Shown in pieces: positions 8,566 through 16,801 of a DNA stretch of 64,000 bases (position 1 is the stretch's first letter; each line of letters begins with the position of its first letter). The notes under the pieces were generated by a model that was not told the origin of the DNA, did no database searches, and saw only the letters and a list, made by a program, of their open reading frames with translations. The stretch comes from Syntrophales bacterium. GTDB lineage: Bacteria; Desulfobacterota; Syntrophia; Syntrophales; UBA4778. The stretch lies in assembly GCA_028712885.1 (NCBI GenBank), contig JAQTPK010000006.1:14273-78272 (forward strand). The letters run 5' to 3'. Position numbers and translations under genes: made by a program.

Positions 8566-9363
8566 TTATGAATAGAACGCCACCGACACCATCACATGCA
8601 GAACAAGGCAGTAAAAAAGGCATTCCACGGCCGCTTTCGAAGTGGATACCGGAATAGCCGTTATCTGCCGGCTTGTCGTGAAGCCCCGGTAAAGGCTCGT
8701 GATCGCGATGGCGGTTCCGAAGAGAAATCCCTTGATTATGCCCACAACGATATCCATGCCGCTGACGGCCTTTGCTATCTGTCCCAGAAAGTTCGCCATC
8801 GGGTACTGAGTCGTAGTCCACACGACAAACCCCCCGCCGAGGACGGCCGTCAGATCGAAAACAAGAAAAAGGCAGAGTACGGCGGTCGTGATCCCGAGCA
8901 GGCGGGGAATGGAGTAAATATGAATGGGATCGATGCCCGCCATTTCCATGGACTCCATCTCGTGCAGGACGGTCATATATCCCGTCTCGATGGTCACCGC
9001 CGTGGCGGAACGGAGGATTACGACCAGCGCCGTGATCAGGGGTCCGAATTCCCTGACAATCAGGAGCACGGTTATTTTTCCCAGATCGTAATGGGGGGAA
9101 ATTTTCGCAAACTGGATCAGAAGCATGCTTCCGAGGAGGAGTGCGATGGGAATAATTATCGGAAGCGCCTGGACGGCGGTAAAGTATATCTGTTCCAGTA
9201 TGACCGTGTTGAGGAGCCTGCGCCCCTCTTCAGGCCGGTGCAGAAGAACGGAGAGCATCCGGTAAGCGAAGGCAAAAAGATCCAGAAAATGTTTTCCGCG
9301 CCCGATCGTATAGCGGCCGAGATGACCCGAAACCTGAACCGCAGCCTTGAATAGCGGCCTCAT
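8566..9363 (-). CDS. mlaE: MlaE-family ABC transporter permease
   Basis: 265-aa polytopic protein. 'REFGPLITALVVILRSATAVTIETGYM' matches the conserved MlaE core. First gene of the Mla-like operon. Confidence 0.8.
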   Translation of the reverse strand: MRPLFKAAVQVSGHLGRYTIGRGKHFLDLFAFAYRMLSVLLHRPEEGRRLLNTVILEQIYFTAVQALPIIIPIALLLGSMLLIQFAKISPHYDLGKITVLLIVREFGPLITALVVILRSATAVTIETGYMTVLHEMESMEMAGIDPIHIYSIPRLLGITTAVLCLFLVFDLTAVLGGGFVVWTTTQYPMANFLGQIAKAVSGMDIVVGIIKGFLFGTAIAITSLYRGFTTSRQITAIPVSTSKAAVECLFYCLVLHVMVSVAFYS

Positions 9364-9440
9364 AAACCCCCGCCGTTACTTGACTTCGGAGTGCCTGTTC
9401 CACCTGCCTGAATAGAATAATTTTCATTAATTGTCAATGT

Positions 9441-9490
9441 ATGTAACAGGTAATGGATAACAGGTGATGGGTTATGGGTTATGGGATGGG
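9441..9490. repeat. GGGTTAT-type heptamer array containing a canonical G-quadruplex motif (9469-9490)
   Basis: 'caggtaatggataacaggtgatgggttatgggttatgggatggg' gives GGG-TTAT-GGG-TTAT-GGG-AT-GGG. Same unit family as 533-652 and (reverse complement) 55861-55890. Confidence 0.75.
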
Positions 9491-9504
9491 AGTAACAGGC
9501 GGGA

Positions 9505-9625
9505 GATGCGGAAACGCGCGAAATGCGGGAAAAGACGCGTCATCCTGAGCTTGTCGAAGGATGACACGTCTGCAATGCGCGAACTCGGGAAAGGCTCTGT
9601 TGCTTCCGTTGCGTCCATTGCGTTG
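9505..9625 (+). repeat. Left copy of a ~120-bp inverted repeat (contains REP-like hairpin 9534-9570)
   Basis: '..gacgcgtcatcctgagcttgtcgaaggatgacacgtctgcaatgcgcgaactcgggaaaggctctgttgc..gttgcgtccattgcg'. Its reverse complement recurs at 11385-11530 with only a few mismatches in the ~70-nt core. Confidence 0.85.
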
Positions 9626-9745
9626 AAAAAAGGCTTTGTGCTTCAGGAATTGGGCGTTGACACCCTGAAAGCGTCATTCCCGAGAAGCCTGCCCCCGAAA
9701 TTTTAAATCGGGGCGGGAATCCAGTTTTTTGTCCAGCTTCACCGG

Positions 9746-9805
9746 TTTTGGATTTCGGATTTTGGATTTGTTTGAGATTTGGGATTTAGTGCTTGGGATT
9801 TTTCC
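9746..9805. repeat. GATTTGG/GGGATTT low-complexity array
   Basis: 'ttttggatttcggattttggatttgtttgagatttgggatttagtgcttgggattttt'. Shares 'gattttggatttg' with 55717-55782 in the same orientation. Confidence 0.75.
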
Positions 9806-9912
9806 AATTCCTGCCGCCCAACGCCCAAAGTCTAACGCCCAATATAAGTTGGAGTGGAAAAAGGAGGTACAATCCTGTATGCTCCGGAAAAACCGAGTTC
9901 CCGGAGGTTATC

Positions 9913-10377
9913 ATGAAAAAGACTGCAATTCTCGTGGGCGCTTGCGTTATCGTTCTCATTGCATCCTGGACATACGCCGCCCAGACCGACCCCCTTCTCG
10001 GTCGATGGTGGAACGAGGAGAAAGACGCGCAGATAGAGATTTACACCTGCGACGGAAAGTATTGCGGAAGGATCGCCTGGCTGAAGGAGCCCTATTATCC
10101 CGCAAACGACCCGAAAGGGATGGCGGGGAAACCCAAGGTGGACCGGGAGAACCCCAATCCTGCGCTGCGGACGAGACCCACGCTCGGCCTTAATCTTCTG
10201 AGCGGGTTCACCCGCACGGGCAATAACCTGTGGGAAAACGGCACCATCTACAATCCCCGCGAAGGCAAGACATACAAGTGCAAAATAACCATGGAAAACT
10301 GGGACAAGATCAAGGTCAGGGGCTTCATAGGGATTTCGCTGATCGGAAAAACGCAATACTGGACGCGCGTCAAATAG
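9913..10377 (+). CDS. DUF2147-family secreted protein
   Basis: Signal peptide 'MKKTAILVGACVIVLIASWTYA'. 'GRWWNEEKDAQIEIYTCDGKYCGRIAWL' and 'GTIYNPREGKTYKCKI' fit the DUF2147 pattern. Start at ATG 9913, preceded by 'ggagg'. Confidence 0.75.
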   Translation: MKKTAILVGACVIVLIASWTYAAQTDPLLGRWWNEEKDAQIEIYTCDGKYCGRIAWLKEPYYPANDPKGMAGKPKVDRENPNPALRTRPTLGLNLLSGFTRTGNNLWENGTIYNPREGKTYKCKITMENWDKIKVRGFIGISLIGKTQYWTRVK

Positions 10378-10389
10378 AAGGCCGGCTTC

Positions 10390-11262
10390 GTGAAGAAGAA
10401 TTTGTCGGCCCGGAAAATCCTGCTGTTTTCCGGGCTTGCCATTATCTGTGTTCTGGTTCTCAGTATTGCTTACTACCTTGTTTTTCCGGATGTCGCCAAG
10501 CTCCGCAAAACCAACCCGCGTAAAACATCCTTCATGGAATACCGGGAAGACGAATGGAGGAAGGCCGGCAAGAAGAAAAAGATCCGTTACGCCTGGGCAC
10601 CCCTCGCGCGCATCTCGCCGTTTGTCGCCAAAGCCGTGATCATCGCCGAGGACGACAAGTTCTGGTCGCATGACGGGTTCGATTTCAATGCGATGCAGAA
10701 GGCAATGGAAAAAAACTTCCAGAAGGGCCGCATCCGGTACGGGGGCAGCACGATCAGCCAGCAGCTGGCCAAGAACCTTTATCTGACACCCTCAAAAAAT
10801 CCTGTACGCAAGATCAAGGAGGCCATTCTCACCTGGCGGATAGAGCAGAACCTCTCCAAGCGAAGAATCCTCGAACTCTATCTCAACGTGGCGGAGTGGG
10901 GGGAAGGGATCTTCGGCATAGAGGCCGCGGCGCGCCATTACTACGGGAAAACCGCGGCTGATCTCGGTCCGGCCGAAGCAGCAAAACTGGTTACTGTTCT
11001 ACCGAACCCGAGGAGATTCAAGCCGACGGGCTCTTCGCGTTACGTGGAAAACCGATCCGAGCGGATTTATCAGATTATGGTCAGGAGGGGCATAGTCATC
11101 GAGGAATTCGAGGAGATCATGCAGGAGCCGGTTGAGGAGTCGCGGATGGAATCCTCGGGGGACGGCGAACCGGAAAAGGAATCGGAAAAGAAGACGGATC
11201 CGCTGCCCCCTGAAAAAAAGAACGGGAAAGAGAAAGAAGCTGAGAAGCTGAGAGGATCGTAA
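10390..11262 (+). CDS. mtgA: Monofunctional peptidoglycan glycosyltransferase (GT51)
   Basis: N-terminal TM, then GT51 motifs 'AVIIAEDDKFWSHDGFD', 'RYGGSTISQQLAKNLYL' and 'RKIKEAILTWRIEQNLSKRRILELYLN'. No transpeptidase domain. Lys/Glu-rich tail. GTG start. Confidence 0.9.
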   Translation: MKKNLSARKILLFSGLAIICVLVLSIAYYLVFPDVAKLRKTNPRKTSFMEYREDEWRKAGKKKKIRYAWAPLARISPFVAKAVIIAEDDKFWSHDGFDFNAMQKAMEKNFQKGRIRYGGSTISQQLAKNLYLTPSKNPVRKIKEAILTWRIEQNLSKRRILELYLNVAEWGEGIFGIEAAARHYYGKTAADLGPAEAAKLVTVLPNPRRFKPTGSSRYVENRSERIYQIMVRRGIVIEEFEEIMQEPVEESRMESSGDGEPEKESEKKTDPLPPEKKNGKEKEAEKLRGS

Positions 11263-11300
11263 GGCGTAAACTGAAAGAGTAAAGTGATGGTGTTTTCGCC

Positions 11301-11333
11301 TCATGCATCCTGAGCCTGTCGAAGGATCCATGA
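11301..11333. repeat. REP-like hairpin, same core as 9534-9570
   Basis: 'tcatgcatcctgagcctgtcgaaggatccatga', with core 'tcctgagcYtgtcgaagga'. A diverged copy lies near 5537-5560. Confidence 0.7.
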
Positions 11334-11384
11334 TAAGCACATGCATGTTCCCGCCCTGAGCACCCTTTCCGGTTTTTTTTGAAC

Positions 11385-11530
11385 CAATGGACGCAACGGA
11401 CGCAATGGACCCAAGGACGCAACAGATCCTTTCCCGAGTTCGCGCATTGCAGACGCGTCATCCTTCGACAAGCTCAGGATGACGCGTCTTTTCCCGCTTT
11501 CCCGCTTTTCGCGCTTTCCCGCTTTTCGCG
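11385..11530 (-). repeat. Right copy (inverted) of the ~120-bp repeat, with hairpin 11452-11488
   Basis: The reverse complement reads '..gggaaaagacgcgtcatcctgagcttgtcgaaggatgacgcgtctgcaatgcgcgaactcgggaaaggatctgttgcgtcc..'. Extended by 'ttcccgcttttcgcg' tandem units. Confidence 0.85.
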
Positions 11531-11705
11531 CCTTTCCCGCTTTTCCCGCCTTTCGTGAGCCCAGCACCCCTGTCTGATTGCGTAAAACCCGTTGTGACCT
11601 CAATCACAGCACTCATCCCGGTTTATGCGGTATTTCCGATGCACAAAAGGGAACGACCGCAACTGCACCGCAGGATCGCTTCGTAACAGATCTGGGGAGG
11701 TGGGT

Positions 11706-12488
11706 ATGATCCGAAAAGTCATAAGGCTCTGGTTTCCGCTGTCCGTTCAGGTTGGTTTTATTCTGGCCGCTGTTCTATGCCTGCCGACCGGATCGGCGCA
11801 CGCGGCGAACGTATCGCTCGCGTGGGACGCGAATTCCGAAACCGGACTTGCCGGCTACAAGGTCTATTACGGAACGGCTTCACGCAATTATTCGCAAACG
11901 ATGAATGTGGGGAATTGGACGACCTGCACCCTTTCCGGACTTTCTGAGGGGACTACTTATTACTTCGCCGTGACTGCCTACGATATATCCGGGATGGAAA
12001 GCCCTTATTCCGTCGAAGTGTCGTACACGATTCCCGCGGGGACGGCCGGCGCAACTTTCTTCGCCGTCAACGCCGGCGGCTCGCAGTACAGGGATTCCCG
12101 GAAGGACCTTTACCAGTCGGACAGGATGTACAGCGGAGGCGCCTCATACCGTACGTATTACGGGATTTCCGGGACGAGCGACGATGCGCTCTATCGGTGC
12201 GAACGATACGGCAATTCTTCCTACAGCATTCCCCTGGCAAACGGCTCTTATCAGGTCACCCTGAAATTCGCGGAGCTCGACGGGAGAGTCAGGAGGGGGA
12301 GCCGCGTGTTCGATGTCCTGATAGAGGGGAAAGAAGTAATCAGCGGCCTGGATATCTATTCCCGGGCGGGGAGGAACAGGGCTCTCGATATAACCGTGCC
12401 GGTCACCGTCTCGGACGGCAATCTTAACATCCAGTTCCGGTCACAAAGAGGAAATGCCCAGGTTAATGCAATTCTGATCAAACGCTAG
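11706..12488 (+). CDS. Secreted fibronectin-III + malectin-like carbohydrate-binding protein
   Basis: Signal peptide '..AAVLCLPTGSAHA'. FN3 segment: 'VSLAWDANSETGLAGYKVYYGT..GTTYYFAVTAYDISGMESPYS'. Malectin-like segment: 'FFAVNAGGSQY..YRCERYGNSSYSIPLANGSYQVTLKFAEL..RVFDVLIEGKEV'. ATG 11706 follows 'ggggagg'. Confidence 0.75.
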   Translation: MIRKVIRLWFPLSVQVGFILAAVLCLPTGSAHAANVSLAWDANSETGLAGYKVYYGTASRNYSQTMNVGNWTTCTLSGLSEGTTYYFAVTAYDISGMESPYSVEVSYTIPAGTAGATFFAVNAGGSQYRDSRKDLYQSDRMYSGGASYRTYYGISGTSDDALYRCERYGNSSYSIPLANGSYQVTLKFAELDGRVRRGSRVFDVLIEGKEVISGLDIYSRAGRNRALDITVPVTVSDGNLNIQFRSQRGNAQVNAILIKR

Positions 12489-12500
12489 CACAAATGAATA

Positions 12501-12543
12501 CGGCGCGGGGCTCCGTCCCTGATTTCCGGAGCCCCCGCCGTTT
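12501..12543 (+). terminator. Rho-independent terminator after the FN3-malectin gene
   Basis: GC-rich stem 'cggcgcggggctccg' / 'cggagcccccgccg' followed by 'ttt'. Confidence 0.55.
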
Positions 12544-12778
12544 AATCCATACTTCTTCTGCTCGCTTTCTTCCTGCTCCGGCACAATCACAAAGATTATC
12601 GATCAGCCAAGCTTGTTTTGCGAGTTCTTGCTTGTGGCCCCGCGAGGCGCTCGTCTAAGATTAGTCTGTTGAGTCAAGAAAGGACTGATAAAACTTCGGG
12701 AATTGAATTCCGAAGGATAAAAGGCCGGTCCTTCGGATATGTCGTCAGGTCCGGAAGGCCGGAGAAAGGGGAATGTAA

Positions 12779-14248
12779 ATGAAAAAAACAATGGGGGCAG
12801 TGGCATTCCAGGTATTCCTGGCGATCATGCTGGTTTCGGTCTGCTCTGCAAGAGATTGGTATGTGCGGCCTGCGGGAAGCGGCTACGGCTCGGGGGATGG
12901 AACTTCGTACGCCAACGCCTGGAGCGGTTTCAGCAGGATCGTCTGGGGAGCCAACGGCGTAACGGCCGGTGATGTCCTTTACGTCTGCGGTACGCATGGA
13001 GAGAAGCTTACAGTCGGCGCTTCCGGGGCTTCCGGCGCCAAAATAGCGATTCGCGGCAACTACTCGGGGGATCCGGGCGTCATCAACCCGAATTACGGCG
13101 CCAATCACTGCATAGATATCTCCAACAGGCGCTATGTCGCCGTCGAGGGATTGATTCTTCGCAGATCGAGCGCCAGCGGGATCAATGCTCAGAACTCCTA
13201 TAAGGCGGATATCAGGAATTGCCAATTCAGATCCATCTCTTCCGGCGGCACAAGTTTCGGCATTGACGGACGGTATGCCAGCGCCATGTTCATTTACGGC
13301 AACAGCATGAACAGCTCGGAGGGCAGCTTCAACGCCAGCGGAATCGTGGTCAACCTCGGCACGGCCTCTTCGGAGACAAGCGTGGTCGAAAGGAATACTA
13401 TCATTGGAATCCAGGTTGACGGCATCGTGACCGGGAATAATGTGGTCGTGACGGGCAACACGGTCGGCGAACTCCTCAACACGTCCTCCCATTCGGACGG
13501 CATCGTCGTCCAGGGGTCGAACGTCGTCGTCAGGCAGAATACCGTGTACGACTGCACGCAATGCATTTACGTCGACTCGTTCGACTACGGCTCCGGCGCC
13601 CAGACCCCCTGCAACAACGTTTCGATCTGGGGAAATCTTGTCTACGGTACATCGAGAGGCCACAGCGTAGGCATCAATGGGATTTCGATTCATATTGAGA
13701 CTCAGGGGGCCGCCGTGATTGACAACTTGAAGATTTACAATAACACCGTCGCCGACTGCAATTACAACGGTATAACGTTCGGCGGTGCTTCGGGAGGGAA
13801 CTTCGGGAGCGTGACCGTCGTAAACAATATCGTGGTGAACAGCGGCGGCAACAACATGTGCGTAAACTTCAATTCGCAGCCTCCGAGAAGCGTGACCATG
13901 GATTACAACCTGGTCTACTCAAATTACGATTCTTCCGGAAGGGCCTGGAGGTGGTACGGAAGCTCCAAGACGCTTGCGGAAATGAGGGCCCTGGGTCATG
14001 AAGCCCACGGCAAATCGCAGGCTCCCGCGTTCACGAAGTATACACAGAATGCGGACGGCAATGTCTTCACCCTGACAAGCGGCTCGCAGGCGATCGACTC
14101 CGGGACAGGTCTCGCATCGGAATACGCCCGGGATAGAAATAACTACTCGCGGCCGCAAGGCTCCGCCTGGGACATGGGTTGCTACGAATACGGCAGTTCG
14201 GGAGGTAACGTAAGCCCTCCCCGCAACCTTCGCATCAGGTTCCGATGA
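12779..14248 (+). CDS. Secreted right-handed parallel beta-helix protein (polysaccharide lyase/epimerase-like), paralogue 1
   Basis: Signal peptide. Repetitive 'N..I.GN.V' beta-helix coils. Conserved ends 'WYVRPAGSGYGSGDGTSYANAW' and 'SAWDMGCYEY'. Clear paralogue of 16802..18232. Confidence 0.75.
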   Translation: MKKTMGAVAFQVFLAIMLVSVCSARDWYVRPAGSGYGSGDGTSYANAWSGFSRIVWGANGVTAGDVLYVCGTHGEKLTVGASGASGAKIAIRGNYSGDPGVINPNYGANHCIDISNRRYVAVEGLILRRSSASGINAQNSYKADIRNCQFRSISSGGTSFGIDGRYASAMFIYGNSMNSSEGSFNASGIVVNLGTASSETSVVERNTIIGIQVDGIVTGNNVVVTGNTVGELLNTSSHSDGIVVQGSNVVVRQNTVYDCTQCIYVDSFDYGSGAQTPCNNVSIWGNLVYGTSRGHSVGINGISIHIETQGAAVIDNLKIYNNTVADCNYNGITFGGASGGNFGSVTVVNNIVVNSGGNNMCVNFNSQPPRSVTMDYNLVYSNYDSSGRAWRWYGSSKTLAEMRALGHEAHGKSQAPAFTKYTQNADGNVFTLTSGSQAIDSGTGLASEYARDRNNYSRPQGSAWDMGCYEYGSSGGNVSPPRNLRIRFR

Positions 14249-14255
14249 ATCATGC

Positions 14256-14291
14256 GGAAAGGGCGTTCCGTAAGGAACGCCCTTTCCTTTT
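14256..14291 (+). terminator. Rho-independent terminator between convergent genes
   Basis: Perfect 14-bp stem 'ggaaagggcgttcc'-gtaa-'ggaacgccctttcc' followed by 'tttt'. Confidence 0.8.
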
Positions 14292-14311
14292 CAGCCTTAT
14301 ATTGATCACTC

Positions 14312-15865
14312 TTATTTGTCCTCCAGCCAGGCTCTCAGCTTTGCACCCCCCAGTCCTGACATCGCCTGTATCCCGGGTATCCTGCCGCAGATGAAACGGC
14401 GCTCCCCCTGATCCAGCAGCACAAGCCAGGAGACGGCGGCAAACAGGGGGATCATAATCGCCGCTCCGGCGATTTTCAGGCCCATGTCCGCATCGGCGTA
14501 TGAAAGACCCAGCATGGCCAGGGAAGGGATTATAATCATCATGGGATTGCGTTCCGCGCCGGCAAAACCGGGCATCAACAGGCGCCGGCTCAGGAGGAAT
14601 AGAACCAAAGTGTCAACCGCGACTCGACCCAGCCAGGCGATTGCCGCGCCCTCTATCCCGTAATGGCTGGTCAATATCCAGATTGCAGCCAGATAAAAGG
14701 GAAGCTCGATAAAATGCAGGACCGCTGTCCACGCCGGCCTCCCCGCGGCCTGGATTAGCGCGAAAGGAACCAGGGCGAAGCTGTTCAGGAAAACGCCGAG
14801 GGCCATGTACTGCATGACCCGCCCGCTGTTCCGGGCAAAATCGCTCCCCAGCCAGAATTCGATTCCCTCATATGAAAATGCCGTAATCAGAAGAACGAAC
14901 GGGAACAGGGCGATGAAGATATACTTCACCCCTTTCAGGAAGAGAAGCCTGGCCCTTTCATGATCGCTCTTGAAGCAGGTACTGAATGCCGGAAACAGCA
15001 CTCCCACAAGCGCCCCCGGGAAAATCCACAGTTTGGAGGCGATCTCGTAGGGCGTTGTATAATATGCGACGGCTGTCACCGAGATGAGGGATCCTATCAG
15101 GAACCGGTCCAGATAGGCCAGGAGCGGGCTTATGAGATTGCTGACGGTAATGTATCCTCCTAATCGGAAAAGGGGGCCCGCATTGCGCAGCTTCAGCCGC
15201 GGCTTGCGCTTGAGCGACGGGAAGACCCGGAAGCAGAATACAAGATGCACTGACCACGCCAGAATCCGGCCGAAAACGAGCACCGCCACGACATGAAAGA
15301 GGCTGACGGAAAAAGGAAGGACGAGGATCGGACCTATATACATGAAGACCGCCAGGGGCACGCGCAGCGCGTTTATGAGCCCGAACCGCTGCTTCGCTTC
15401 CAGCATTCCTCTCAATGCCGCGGTGCTGATGACTATAGGGAGAGAAAGCGAGAGAAGAATGAAGGCGGAGAGCGACTCTTCCCGCAACTCGGGGGGAATT
15501 TTCAGGACATCGTAGATGAGCCAATTCGACATGAGTCCCAGGACAACGGCGCCGAAGACGCCCAGGACCGCCATCAGGGCCAGGCATACCCATACAAGCG
15601 AGGGAATGCCGTCCTGGTCTCCCGCGCCGAGCCTCTCCGCAACCATCTGGGTCAGCGCTCTCCCGAGCCCGAGATCGAACAGACTGAAATATCCGATAAT
15701 GACCCAGACAAGCGCCAGCACCCCGAATCTGTCAATGCCGAAACTGCTGATAAGAAAGGGAAGAAAAAAAACGGTTACCAGCAGAGGCGCCGTAGTCCCC
15801 AGAATGTTAAACACGGTGTTGCGGGCCAGAAGTTTCCCGCTTGTAAGGGGCAAGGTCATGCTCAA
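14312..15865 (-). CDS. Wzx-type polysaccharide flippase (MOP superfamily)
   Basis: 517-aa protein with about 12-14 hydrophobic helices. N-terminus 'ARNTVFNILGTTAPLLVTVFFLPFLISSFGIDRFGVLALVW' is typical of polysaccharide biosynthesis/flippase proteins. Confidence 0.8.
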   Translation of the reverse strand: MSMTLPLTSGKLLARNTVFNILGTTAPLLVTVFFLPFLISSFGIDRFGVLALVWVIIGYFSLFDLGLGRALTQMVAERLGAGDQDGIPSLVWVCLALMAVLGVFGAVVLGLMSNWLIYDVLKIPPELREESLSAFILLSLSLPIVISTAALRGMLEAKQRFGLINALRVPLAVFMYIGPILVLPFSVSLFHVVAVLVFGRILAWSVHLVFCFRVFPSLKRKPRLKLRNAGPLFRLGGYITVSNLISPLLAYLDRFLIGSLISVTAVAYYTTPYEIASKLWIFPGALVGVLFPAFSTCFKSDHERARLLFLKGVKYIFIALFPFVLLITAFSYEGIEFWLGSDFARNSGRVMQYMALGVFLNSFALVPFALIQAAGRPAWTAVLHFIELPFYLAAIWILTSHYGIEGAAIAWLGRVAVDTLVLFLLSRRLLMPGFAGAERNPMMIIIPSLAMLGLSYADADMGLKIAGAAIMIPLFAAVSWLVLLDQGERRFICGRIPGIQAMSGLGGAKLRAWLEDK

Positions 15866-15879
15866 CCGGCTTTCCGGGG

Positions 15880-16779
15880 TTAACTGGAGAACGATTCCGG
15901 ATTCATGCGTATGGCGCGAAAAATATCGCGGGCCCTCATTCCGCCGTTCTGTTCCGACCCGGTATTCGGACCCCTGTCAACGGAATGAACCAGCTTGTAA
16001 CCCCTCTCCCATATTTCTCTTGCCGGGTAAGGCAGCCCCTTCCAATCGAGGCAGAGCGGTCCCGAGGGCGCAGCGAAATGCCCCAGACGGTATCCTGCCG
16101 CGATCGCCGCCATTGAGAAATAGACATCTTCCTGCAGCCTTGCCTTCCAGAATCGGGGCATGCTCAACCCGCCTATCCGGTCCATAGCGCGGAGGCACTC
16201 AATACTGATAAAATACGATCCGCCGAAAACATTCTCCCCCCGAATATATCCGTTCGCCTCGGCGGCCAGCAGCAGATGGCGCCAGGCCGGACGCAACCCG
16301 ATCAGGGCGCGCCACCACTTCATGGCGCGGTTGATAACGCGCGTATGAACGACATAGGTCCGGGGCCGGTTGAAGTCCACTTCGTAAACGCCGAACATGC
16401 CCGCCCGCGGATTTGCTTCTGCATACTGAAGGGCTTCGCTCAAAATTCCCGTCCTGATAATCAGGGCATCTGTGTCCAGCTTCAATACAACCGGACTGCC
16501 CAGATTTTCCAGAATGAAACGGTAACCGGCCTGGAGCGTGTGGGTCAGCCGCGATAATCCGTTCCGTTTCGCATTCCTGAGAATATGCCAGTTTTTTCCC
16601 TTTATCTTCTGCAGGGATTCGTATGTCCCGTCCCGGGTGAGATCGTCAACGATGACAATCGAATGCGCCTCGGGGCAATAATGGCGGACGCTTTCGAGAG
16701 TATCGAGAGTGGGCTCCAGCATGCCCTCCCCGCAGGCCATGACAACTGCTGCGATTCCTCCCCTTTTTTCACCCCCCAT
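15880..16779 (-). CDS. Glycosyltransferase, GT-A fold (GT2-like)
   Basis: 'IAAVVMACGEG..LESVRHYCPEAHSIVIVDDLTRDGT' is a GT-A N-terminal nucleotide-binding segment. 'LKLDTDA' is DxD-like. Confidence 0.65.
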   Translation of the reverse strand: MGGEKRGGIAAVVMACGEGMLEPTLDTLESVRHYCPEAHSIVIVDDLTRDGTYESLQKIKGKNWHILRNAKRNGLSRLTHTLQAGYRFILENLGSPVVLKLDTDALIIRTGILSEALQYAEANPRAGMFGVYEVDFNRPRTYVVHTRVINRAMKWWRALIGLRPAWRHLLLAAEANGYIRGENVFGGSYFISIECLRAMDRIGGLSMPRFWKARLQEDVYFSMAAIAAGYRLGHFAAPSGPLCLDWKGLPYPAREIWERGYKLVHSVDRGPNTGSEQNGGMRARDIFRAIRMNPESFSS

Positions 16780-16801
16780 GCCTCCTCCTTCATTTCAGGC
16801 T

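Noticed and set aside
9464-9706. 80-aa ORF with 'RVILSLSKDD', and its mirror ORF 11301..11603 (100 aa)
   Set aside because: Both are translations of the inverted REP-like repeat copies. The shared peptide arises from the repeat hairpin, not from a conserved gene.
9505-11530. Composite transposon / IS element bounded by the inverted repeats
   Set aside because: No transposase, integrase or target-site duplication was recognisable. The enclosed genes are housekeeping-type (mtgA, DUF2147). Kept only as a repeat-bracketed cassette.
12674-13693. 339-aa minus-strand ORF antisense to beta-helix paralogue 1
   Set aside because: Overprint of a repetitive GC-rich gene. No signal peptide or domain. 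The plus-strand frame has a clear paralogue in the window.
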